The translations under genes were made by a program, and so were the position numbers. The notes beneath the pieces were generated by a model. The model was not told the DNA's origin. It saw nothing but the letters and a program-made list of their open reading frames with translations, and searched no databases. From an archaeon (GTDB lineage: Archaea; Undinarchaeota; Undinarchaeia; Undinarchaeales; Naiadarchaeaceae), in assembly GCA_037442905.1 (NCBI GenBank), contig JBBIPJ010000001.1, positions 1 to 26,655 on the forward strand: DNA of 26,655 nucleotides. The letters run 5' to 3'. Of this stretch, positions 16,425 to 24,064 are shown in pieces; position 1 is the stretch's first letter, and each line of letters begins with the position of its first letter.

Positions 16425-17159
16425 ATGGGAAAAGTTAAAAATAATCTCTATGAAAAACTGAAGCATGAGAAGCTTCACTTCAGTTTATTTGATCCTGAAA
16501 AATTAACTCCTGAAAAAGCAGCTGATTTTGCGGAAAAAGTTACAGAGTTCGGAAGCGATGCTATTATGATAGGAGGCTCAACAGCGCAAAATGTTGATTT
16601 AGTCACAAAAGCAATCCGCGAATCAACTAAACTTCCAATAATTTTGTTTCCGAATTCAGCTAACGGTTTAAGCAAATATGCTGATGCTGTATTTTTTATG
16701 TCTCTCTTAAATTCTAACAAGCGAGAATTTTTAGTTGGGGAACAGGTAAAAGGAGCTCCAATAATTTTTGAGCATGGAATTGAGCCAATTCCGATGGGAT
16801 ACATAGTGATTAATACTGGAGAGCCAACAGCAGTTGAAAAAATTGCACAAATACAAAGATTGACGAAAGAGGAAATTGTAAATTACGCGCTTGCAGCAGA
16901 ATATTTTGGAATGGATTTGGTTTATTTGGAAGCAGGCTCAGGAGCTACCCGCTCAGTTTCTGAGGATATTATTGAAGCGGTTAAACAGAAATTAAAAATA
17001 CCTTTAATTGTGGGCGGCGGAATTAACGGACCTGTAACTGCTCTTCGAAAGTTAGATGCAGGCGCAGACATAATTGTAACAGGAACTGTTATTGAGCGCG
17101 CATATGGGAAAGTTGCTGAAATTATTGATGCGGTAAAGAAATATAAACCCACTAAATAA
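16425..17159 (+). CDS. Geranylgeranylglyceryl phosphate synthase (GGGPS/PcrB family)
   Basis: HFSLFDPEK, DAIMIGGS, LPIILFP, FFMSLLNS, VYLEAGSGA, LIVGGGI. Confidence 0.94.
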   Translation: MGKVKNNLYEKLKHEKLHFSLFDPEKLTPEKAADFAEKVTEFGSDAIMIGGSTAQNVDLVTKAIRESTKLPIILFPNSANGLSKYADAVFFMSLLNSNKREFLVGEQVKGAPIIFEHGIEPIPMGYIVINTGEPTAVEKIAQIQRLTKEEIVNYALAAEYFGMDLVYLEAGSGATRSVSEDIIEAVKQKLKIPLIVGGGINGPVTALRKLDAGADIIVTGTVIERAYGKVAEIIDAVKKYKPTK

Positions 17160-17172
17160 GTTTCCTGGTTCT

Positions 17173-17856
17173 ATGAAACTTGGCGCACTTTTTTCAGGCG
17201 GAAAGGACAGCACATTTGCTCTATACTGGGCGATAAAAAACAATCACTCGATAGAATGTTTGATTTCTCTCAAAGCAGCGCGCACAGATTCTTATATGTT
17301 TCAGGTTGCGAATATTGAACTAACAAAATTAAGCGCTCAGGCTTTAGGATTGCCAATTATTTTTGAAAAAACCTCCGGAATTAAAGAAAAAGAATTGGAT
17401 GATTTAAAACGCGCAATTTTGCGCGCAAAAAAAGAATTTGGAATCGAAGGAGTAACTGCAGGCGCGCTTGCTTCTAATTATCAAAAGGAAAGGGTTGAAA
17501 AAATTTGCAAAGAACTTGGGCTGAAAGTTTTCGCACCCTATTGGCAATACAACCAGGAAAAATATCTGCGCGAAATTTTGGAAGCAGGATTTGAAATAAT
17601 TTTTACAAGAGTTGCTGCACTTGGGTTTACTGAAAAATGGCTTGGAAGAAAATTGGATGAAAAAGCAATTGAGGATTTAAAAAAATTAAATCAAAAATAT
17701 CACGTTCACTTAGGAGGAGAGGGCGGCGAATTTGAGACTTTAGTTCTGGAGGGGCCGATTTTTAAAAAGCGGATAGAAATTTTAGAGGCTGAAAAAGTTT
17801 TTCATGCGAATGAGGGGGAGCTTTTAATTAAAAGTGCTGTGCTTGTTGAAAAATAA
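17173..17856 (+). CDS. dph6: Diphthine--ammonia ligase
   Basis: LFSGGKDS PP-loop, SYMFQ, GALASNYQKERVE, HLGGEGGEFET. Confidence 0.9.
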   Translation: MKLGALFSGGKDSTFALYWAIKNNHSIECLISLKAARTDSYMFQVANIELTKLSAQALGLPIIFEKTSGIKEKELDDLKRAILRAKKEFGIEGVTAGALASNYQKERVEKICKELGLKVFAPYWQYNQEKYLREILEAGFEIIFTRVAALGFTEKWLGRKLDEKAIEDLKKLNQKYHVHLGGEGGEFETLVLEGPIFKKRIEILEAEKVFHANEGELLIKSAVLVEK

Positions 17857-18075
17857 TTACTCTTGCTTTTCAAAGCTAATACTTTTTACTCTCCCATTTT
17901 CTAATTCAAATTTTGCTAAAATTCTGTCGGTTAAGTTTTGTTTAGGGCTAAAAGTTTTTGAACATTTTCCACAATCCAAATCTGACTCAAGTTCGACAGC
18001 ATACCAACTTGATTCAGCAAAATAATTTTTACAATAAGGGCATTTTACAATTGCAATATCAAGATTGGCTTCCAT
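17857..18075 (-). CDS. Small zinc-ribbon protein
   Basis: 72 aa with CPYC and CGKC; its start abuts the stop of the upstream ORF. Confidence 0.7.
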   Translation of the reverse strand: MEANLDIAIVKCPYCKNYFAESSWYAVELESDLDCGKCSKTFSPKQNLTDRILAKFELENGRVKSISFEKQE

Positions 18076-18578
18076 TATTCTAATATTTCTCTTCTTCTTT
18101 CAGCATATGCTACGCTTAATTCCCTATAAAGAGCATCGGCTCTTCTTGCGATGCTCAAGAATTTATCTTTTAGTACCTCGTTTTGCATCATTTCAGCTAT
18201 TATATAATGTGTGCATCTGCATTCATCATGTATTTCTAATAATCTCTCAACCAACAGCATAAAAAAGTTTAAAACTCTGATTATTGCTTTGCTGTCCTCT
18301 GGCATTTCAAATCTCCTTAGCGGATCTTTTAGCTCATTTTTCCAATTTGCCATAAAAGTAAGATAGAGATCGTATATTCTTGCTTCTAATTCCATTACTC
18401 TTCTGATTTCTCTAGCTCTCTCTTCAGCAGGCTGTTCCCTCAAAAATTCGCGAATCTCAAACGGAATATACCACAAGCTAGTTTTGTGCACACTCAATTC
18501 CACTTCCAAGGGACTAGTGCCCTGCTTTAATATATCCAAATCAGCCCATAATTCTTCTAATTTCTTTTTCTTTGGCAT
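18075..18578 (-). CDS. Hypothetical helical protein
   Basis: 167 aa ORF with protein-like composition, coupled to the zinc-ribbon gene; no motif recognised. Confidence 0.65.
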   Translation of the reverse strand: MPKKKKLEELWADLDILKQGTSPLEVELSVHKTSLWYIPFEIREFLREQPAEERAREIRRVMELEARIYDLYLTFMANWKNELKDPLRRFEMPEDSKAIIRVLNFFMLLVERLLEIHDECRCTHYIIAEMMQNEVLKDKFLSIARRADALYRELSVAYAERRREILE

Positions 18579-18636
18579 ATACTGTAATTTGTTGTTTAGT
18601 AAATATATATGTCTGTGGTTTTAAGAAAAAATAATT

Positions 18637-18656
18637 AAATAGTAGATATACTATTT
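18637..18656. promoter_or_regulatory. Inverted repeat, possible operator between divergent orphan genes
   Basis: AAATAGTA-GATA-TACTATTT, ending 2 nt before ATG 18659. Confidence 0.35.
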
Positions 18657-18658
18657 TT

Positions 18659-19162
18659 ATGCAAATGCCTATCAAAATTAAATATAATAAGAGCAATTTA
18701 AAAACAATTTTGCATTCAAATAACCGTGTAACAGAACTGCCAGCAAACCCAGATTCTTTCTTAAAAGAGTTTTTAGAAAAAGTTAGCAGAGGCGAGTATG
18801 TTGAAGCAGTGAACATGTTTTTTGAACTCAGGCTTGCGCAATTCGCAAAAATTTTTAAAGAGCTGAACACTAAAAAACCTGAAATTGGCAGAATTTATCA
18901 GGAAATGGCCATTATACGCGGAACAATGCTTATTGACAGGTTAAAGTCACTGATGACTAAAAACTGGGATGCTGAATCTACTGCAAATTACAGAAATTTT
19001 ATCCGTGCCTATAATGAATTTAAGGAAGCTGAAAATAAAGAGGACCGCAGGGCGGCAATTCATGGCTTTATCAGCCCAGTCTCATGGTTTATTGGGCGAA
19101 TTATAAAAGAGAAAAAGCAAATTCCAGAACACGAATTTACAATTGAGATAGAAGAAGACTGA
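18659..19162 (+). CDS. Hypothetical protein
   Basis: 167 aa helical ORF; no motif recognised. Confidence 0.65.
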   Translation: MQMPIKIKYNKSNLKTILHSNNRVTELPANPDSFLKEFLEKVSRGEYVEAVNMFFELRLAQFAKIFKELNTKKPEIGRIYQEMAIIRGTMLIDRLKSLMTKNWDAESTANYRNFIRAYNEFKEAENKEDRRAAIHGFISPVSWFIGRIIKEKKQIPEHEFTIEIEED

Positions 19163-19169
19163 GGTTTGC

Positions 19170-19463
19170 ATGGGAATCGGAGAAAAAGAAAGGCAGTTAA
19201 GGGAAATGAAAGATGCTGTATTTGATAGTTGTTCTAGTTGTAGAAATTTTAATAATGCTGAAAAAACACGGAAAATATTAAATCGCATAAAAGATTTTTA
19301 CGATGACTATCGCAGGGCAGGTATATTTCCAGAAACAAAAAAGTCTTGGGAAAAGAGGTATGATGAACTAATAAACCTTTGTATTGAGTGCACTAAAAAA
19401 ATACATAATCGCGAGTACTGCAATACAAGCGAGAACGCGATTAAATTAAGAGCAAATATCTAA
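19170..19463 (+). CDS. Hypothetical protein with two CxxC motifs
   Basis: 97 aa with CSSC and CIEC; GAGGT upstream of the start. Confidence 0.6.
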   Translation: MGIGEKERQLREMKDAVFDSCSSCRNFNNAEKTRKILNRIKDFYDDYRRAGIFPETKKSWEKRYDELINLCIECTKKIHNREYCNTSENAIKLRANI

Positions 19464-20143
19464 AACCCAATTCTTGTCCCCTTAAACTCCTGTCTGTTTA
19501 AAAACTTCTCAATATTCCCTAAATTCTTCCCGTTCACAACTGCAACTCTAATTCTTTCATTAGCTATCATTCCAGCACTCACATAATCCATAATTGCCGG
19601 CTGGTTTGCTTTATGCGTTTTATCTGCATATTTTCGCAAATCATCAAAACTCATCTCTTTTATTGGCTTTGCATTTTTGCTTTTTTTAGGATCTCTATCA
19701 TAAACATAATCAACATCTGTTCCCTTTATCACATAATCCGCATTCCAGACTTTTGCAATCTCAACTGCAACAGCATCTGTTCTCTGTTTTGGGCGGAATC
19801 CGCCGCAAACAATAATTTTTTGCGGATATTTAAGGGTTAAATCTAAAAATTCAACTTCTGAGCGAGGAATCACAGGGCATGCGGAATTTTCAAGGGCTGC
19901 AATTAAAAGCGCAGCATTCAATCTTGAGGCATAAATCCCCAACAAATCCAGAAAATCTTCGTCTTTTGTAATTTTTCTTCCGATTTTATCAATCTCTCTT
20001 GAGAGCGCCCCCCCGCCAATTACAACTGCAATCTCGTGTTTTTTTGCCCATTCAATTAGATGAACAGCTAATTTTTTTACAAAATTCAAATCAACCTGTT
20101 TGGGCATAAATATTGAGCCGCCTATTTTCAAAACGATCTTCAT
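19460..20143 (-). CDS. pyrH: Uridylate kinase
   Basis: VLKIGGS, VVIGGGALSR, GGFRPKQRTDAVA, TDVDYVYDRDPKK. The alternative start is 20149. Confidence 0.94.
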   Translation of the reverse strand: MKIVLKIGGSIFMPKQVDLNFVKKLAVHLIEWAKKHEIAVVIGGGALSREIDKIGRKITKDEDFLDLLGIYASRLNAALLIAALENSACPVIPRSEVEFLDLTLKYPQKIIVCGGFRPKQRTDAVAVEIAKVWNADYVIKGTDVDYVYDRDPKKSKNAKPIKEMSFDDLRKYADKTHKANQPAIMDYVSAGMIANERIRVAVVNGKNLGNIEKFLNRQEFKGTRIGF

Positions 20144-20155
20144 GAGCATTAGCGA

Positions 20156-20194
20156 ATGAAGATGCGAGGAAGTTTACTTCCGAAGCATTTTCAT
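20156..20194. repeat. Nested REP-like hairpin
   Basis: ATGAAGATGC-GA-GGAAGT-TT-ACTTCC-GAA-GCATTTTCAT; 27/30 identical to the reverse complement of 11260-11289. Confidence 0.75.
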
Positions 20195-20227
20195 GGCAAT
20201 TAGATAAGAACAAAACTCTTTTAATAG

Positions 20228-20494
20228 TTATCTTCGCGTAAATCTTCTTATTGGTCTTCTCTTTACCTCAGGTGCAGCCTTGTAAATAGGCTTGTGAGTG
20301 GGGCGTACAGCCCTAACTAAATATCCTGCAACTTTATTTCTGATTTTTTTGCTTGGAGAAGCAAGCACCCCAGAATTAATTAGCTCCTGCAAAACTTTTT
20401 TGTTATGCTCAAAGTCCTCTTTAAGGCGCTCTCTGTATTTTTGCAAGAGCTCTTCCCCTGTCCTTTTTATGAATCCTGGTTTAATTCTTCCCAT
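20228..20494 (-). CDS. rps17e: 30S ribosomal protein S17e
   Basis: MGRIKPGFIKR...DFEHNKKVL...SKKIRNKVAGY. Confidence 0.95.
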   Translation of the reverse strand: MGRIKPGFIKRTGEELLQKYRERLKEDFEHNKKVLQELINSGVLASPSKKIRNKVAGYLVRAVRPTHKPIYKAAPEVKRRPIRRFTRR

Positions 20495-20638
20495 ATTAGT
20501 GGCGGTTTAATTGAACCAATCGGTTTATAAGGATTTGGAGCTACATATAACTCTTCAAGGCTGGCAAAAACAAAAGTAGAAATTAAAGGGGTTCTAGGAT
20601 AAAATTCAAGGATGAACCCCCTGATAAGTGCCAGCTGG

Positions 20639-20696
20639 CACAATGTGAAGGTTTGTTAGCTAACCAATTGGATAGCAATGCAGCCTTCACATTGTG
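20639..20696. repeat. 58-bp palindromic element, third copy
   Basis: CACAATGTGAAGG...CCTTCACATTGTG; 47/58 identical to 15205-15262. Confidence 0.85.
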
Positions 20697-20726
20697 ATTA
20701 TACCTCGCTTAAGCGGAGGTCAGCTG

Positions 20727-21773
20727 ATGAAAGCCCATCTAGCTATTTGTCCCATAGGCGTTTTTGTCTGTGATGACACTGGAAAATTAATAGACAAGGA
20801 ACTTTTTGAAAGGAATAGTGAGCATGCTGCGCGCAGGATTTTGCAATTGCGAGATGGAAAAATCATTCCTGAATTAAAAGTTTTATATGAACGGATTAGA
20901 AAAAAATATGATGAAATTACCCTAGAGCATGAAAATAATTTTGGTTTAAGTATTGAAACTTCAATTCCAAATTTATGCGGAAAAGTTTTGCGCGCGCAAA
21001 TTAAGGATTTAGCTGCAGAATTTGGATTTCATCCGATTGAACATTTTGTTTATAATTTGGGAATTGCTTTAACAGAAGAAACCCTGCAGGTTGAACTTTC
21101 AAAGCCTGACAAAAGAATTATTCAAGTGATTGGTGCGCTTGAGGAGCTGGATAAGAATACAAATGTTCTTTCAGAGAGGTTAAGAGAGTGGTATCTAATT
21201 TTTCACCCAGAATTAATTAGTCAGATTGAGAAACATGAAACTTTTGCGCGCCTGATTGCAAAGGGAAAAGTGGATAAAAAAGATTCAATCGGCGCAAGTT
21301 TTAATGAAACCGATTTAAAAACCTTAAGATTTTTTGCAGAAAACATTTCTGACTCTTTTTCATTGCGCAGTGTTTTGGAAAATTATCTGGATAATTTAAT
21401 GAAAGAGCATTTTCCAAATTTGCGCACAGTTGCAACTCCGCTGATAGGAGCAAAATTAATTGCAATTGCAGGCGATTCAACAAGATTGGCAAGAATGCCC
21501 TCTTCTACAATTCAAGTTTTAGGAGCTGAAAAATCTTTGTTCAGGCATTTGAAAACAGGCTCAAAGCCGCCGAAGTATGGAGTTATATTAAAACACACAT
21601 TTTTGCAGAGCGCGCCCCAAAGGTTGCGCGGAAAAGTTGCGCGCGCGCTTGCGGCAAAAATTTCGCTTGCAATTAAAACAGATTTGTATTCAAAAGAATT
21701 TGTTGGGGATAAATTGAGAAAGGATTTAGAAAGTAAAATTGCAAAAATAAAGGGTGGTGGGAAGAAAAAATGA
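20727..21773 (+). CDS. nop5: C/D box RNP protein Nop5 (Nop56/58)
   Basis: LSERLREWY, PNLRTV...IGAKLIAIAG, STIQVLGAEKSLFRHL...PPKYGVI, RGKVARALAAKISLA; GGAGGT RBS at 20715-20720. Confidence 0.95.
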   Translation: MKAHLAICPIGVFVCDDTGKLIDKELFERNSEHAARRILQLRDGKIIPELKVLYERIRKKYDEITLEHENNFGLSIETSIPNLCGKVLRAQIKDLAAEFGFHPIEHFVYNLGIALTEETLQVELSKPDKRIIQVIGALEELDKNTNVLSERLREWYLIFHPELISQIEKHETFARLIAKGKVDKKDSIGASFNETDLKTLRFFAENISDSFSLRSVLENYLDNLMKEHFPNLRTVATPLIGAKLIAIAGDSTRLARMPSSTIQVLGAEKSLFRHLKTGSKPPKYGVILKHTFLQSAPQRLRGKVARALAAKISLAIKTDLYSKEFVGDKLRKDLESKIAKIKGGGKKK

Positions 21774-22324
21774 AAATGAAGAAGATTTTAAAAGTAAAAA
21801 GTAAAAAAGATATCGAAAAGCAAATCAAAGAATTAAGAAATCGAGGTAAAAAACTTGCTGAAATTTCAAAAATAACTGGAAAAAGTATTCATTATGTTTA
21901 TTCGAGACTAAATCCCAAATATAGACTGGGGCGATTAGAAATACATTACATTAATGAAAAGGTTATCCCCACACTTAAAAGAATGGGGTTTAAAGATATT
22001 TATATCCCAGATGATCCAAGACAAAATAGAAAAAAGAAGTTTTGGGCTGATATTGTTGCAAAAAAAGGTAAGACATTTCATATTTTTGAAGTCAAACATA
22101 GGCCACAGAGATCTTTGTTTTGTTTTGCGGTAGGGGAAATTATCCTAAATAGATGCGTGAATAATAAGATAAATGGTAAGAAAAAATACCATATTGTTCT
22201 ACCCCATCCCACCTCTTATATTGATGTTTTCACCAAAAAAGTAGAATGGGCGAGTATGAAAAATTTCAAAGAAGAAGCAAAATTCCTAAAAAAGAATTAT
22301 GGCGTAGATGTTATTTTCATTTGA
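21770..22324 (+). CDS. HTH + PD-(D/E)xK nuclease-like protein inserted between nop5 and flpA
   Basis: N-terminal HTH (GKKLAEISKITGKSIHYVYSRL), then E...LKRMGF...ADIVAKKGKTFHIFEVK. The alternative start is 21776. Confidence 0.7.
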   Translation: MKMKKILKVKSKKDIEKQIKELRNRGKKLAEISKITGKSIHYVYSRLNPKYRLGRLEIHYINEKVIPTLKRMGFKDIYIPDDPRQNRKKKFWADIVAKKGKTFHIFEVKHRPQRSLFCFAVGEIILNRCVNNKINGKKKYHIVLPHPTSYIDVFTKKVEWASMKNFKEEAKFLKKNYGVDVIFI

Positions 22325-22327
22325 AAA

Positions 22328-22984
22328 ATGAAGAACTTTTCTAATATTCAGCAATTCGGCCGCGATTTCGGGACTTTGAATCTTAATCCCGGGAAGAAGG
22401 TTTATGGAGAGCGTTTAGTCCAGCATTCTGGAAAAGAGTATAGAATCTGGGACATTTACAGGAGCAAAATTGCTGCTGCGATTTATCAGGGATTGCAGAA
22501 TTTTCCATTTAAGGAAAATACAAAAATTCTTTATCTCGGCGCAGGAAATGGGACAACAGTTTCGCATTTCTCGGATGTCTGCACTAATGGGCAGATTTTC
22601 TCTGTTGAATTCTCAGCGCGCGCAATGACAGATTTATTTTTGCTTTCAAAACAGCGTGAAAATATTATTCCTTTATTAGCAGATGCAAACAAGCCACAGG
22701 ATTATCTTTCTATTGTGCCGGAAGTGGATGTAATTTATCAGGATATTGCGCAGAGAGATCAGGTTGATATTTTAAATAAAAATGTGGATATTTTTTTGAA
22801 AGACAAAGGATATATTTTTTTAATGGTAAAGGCGCGCTCAATTGATGTTGCAATGGAGCCGAAAAATGTTTTCAAGGTTGTGTATGCGCAGTTGCAGAAC
22901 AAATACAAAATTCTTGAGCAGCTACGGCTGGATCCATATGAAAAGGACCATATGTGCATTGTGGCACAAAAACTTAATAAATAA
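22328..22984 (+). CDS. flpA: Fibrillarin-like rRNA/tRNA 2'-O-methyltransferase
   Basis: VYGERL...YRIWDIYRSKIAA, LYLGAGNGTTVSHFSD, SVEFS, DVIYQDIAQRDQ, LDPYEKDH. Confidence 0.96.
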   Translation: MKNFSNIQQFGRDFGTLNLNPGKKVYGERLVQHSGKEYRIWDIYRSKIAAAIYQGLQNFPFKENTKILYLGAGNGTTVSHFSDVCTNGQIFSVEFSARAMTDLFLLSKQRENIIPLLADANKPQDYLSIVPEVDVIYQDIAQRDQVDILNKNVDIFLKDKGYIFLMVKARSIDVAMEPKNVFKVVYAQLQNKYKILEQLRLDPYEKDHMCIVAQKLNK

Positions 22985-23002
22985 TATGAACAGTTATGGA
23001 TT

Positions 23003-23121
23003 GTGAGTGGTGGGTGGTGAGTAAATAGTGGATGGTAGCGGGTGGCGAGTAGCGGGACACGAGACAACGGGCATGAGACAAGTGCCGAGTCCCGAGTCCC
23101 TAATCCCGTATCTCGATACTG
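23003..23121. repeat. Degenerate 7-bp periodic array (17 in-phase units)
   Basis: gtgagtg gtgggtg gtgagta ... gcgggac acgagac ... gagtccc gagtccc taatccc gtatctc gatactg; G-rich half followed by a C-rich half. Confidence 0.8.
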
Positions 23122-23139
23122 ACAAATTTCAAAGAAAAA

Positions 23140-24063
23140 ATGTTGCGCGAAGAATTAATGCAAAAAACAATTTCAGCACTGCAGGAAGCAGGCTTTGAGA
23201 TAGCAAAGCAACTATCGCCGAGCTGCTTTGACATTCTTGCACGCCGAGCTGATAAAATTTTGCTTATTAAGGTTTTGACAAATGTTGATTCTTTTTACGA
23301 GGAGCAGGCAGCTGATTTGAAAAGAGTAGGAGATGTTTTAGTGGCAACAGCTTTCATAGTCGGCGTTTTCATAAAAAGCGAATACATGCGCTCCAAAACA
23401 ATTTACGAAAGATACGGAGTGATGGCAATAAATTTTGAAACATTTGAGCAATCAATTTTGGAAAGAAAGCTTCCTGTTGTTTATGCAAAAAAGGGCGGAT
23501 TTTACGCGAACATAAATCCGGAATTTTTAAAACAAATCCGCGAAAGAAATAAATTATCAATAGGAGCTCTTGCTCGCGAAGCAGGAATAAGTAAAAAGGC
23601 ATTGCAGAATTATGAGCGCGGGCAGGGAGCTGAAATTGGAAATATTTTAAGACTGCAGAGTGCGCTTGGCGATTTAGAATTAAACACAATAAATATTTTC
23701 CAATTTAAAGCTGTGCCTGTTAAGGAGGAGCAAAGACAGGCAGGAATTGAGCGCGATGTTTCAAAAAGACTTGGAAAAATTGGGTTTAGAACAACAGCAG
23801 TCCAGCGCGCATCTTTCAGGATAATCGGGAAACACAGGGATGATATTTTACTAACAGGATTGAGAAAACAGCCTCTTGAGAAAAAAGCCCATGATATTCA
23901 CGATACTGCAGAAACTCTTGGGCAGCACGGGATGTTTGTTTTTGAGCATGCAAGAAAAAAAGTTGTTGCAGGAGTTCCTGTTATAGAAAAAGGGGAATTA
24001 GAGGAAGTAGTAAGCTCAAGGGCGCTTTTGAAATTGCTAAAAGAGCTAACAGAGGAACATTAG
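23140..24063 (+). CDS. Archaeal HTH transcriptional regulator (COG1395 type)
   Basis: SCFDILARR...LLIKVLTNVDS, PVVYAKKGGFYANI, Cro/C1-like HTH (LSIGALAREAGISKKALQNYERG). Confidence 0.85.
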   Translation: MLREELMQKTISALQEAGFEIAKQLSPSCFDILARRADKILLIKVLTNVDSFYEEQAADLKRVGDVLVATAFIVGVFIKSEYMRSKTIYERYGVMAINFETFEQSILERKLPVVYAKKGGFYANINPEFLKQIRERNKLSIGALAREAGISKKALQNYERGQGAEIGNILRLQSALGDLELNTINIFQFKAVPVKEEQRQAGIERDVSKRLGKIGFRTTAVQRASFRIIGKHRDDILLTGLRKQPLEKKAHDIHDTAETLGQHGMFVFEHARKKVVAGVPVIEKGELEEVVSSRALLKLLKELTEEH

Positions 24064-24064
24064 A

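Noticed and set aside
20560-20635. K-turn or second C/D sRNA in the nop5 leader (contains CTGA)
   Set aside because: No tandem G.A pairs with a 3-nt bulge could be drawn, and there is no properly spaced C box.
9992-20726. Extended ORF-track starts at 9992, 11395, 15235 and 20694
   Set aside because: The extensions overlap kbl or run through hairpin repeats. Family length, TATA position and RBS support 10208, 11419, 15310 and 20727.
23003-23121. Possible CRISPR array in the heptamer tracts or the 58-bp repeats
   Set aside because: There are no identical 23-47 bp repeats with regular unique spacers, and no cas genes.
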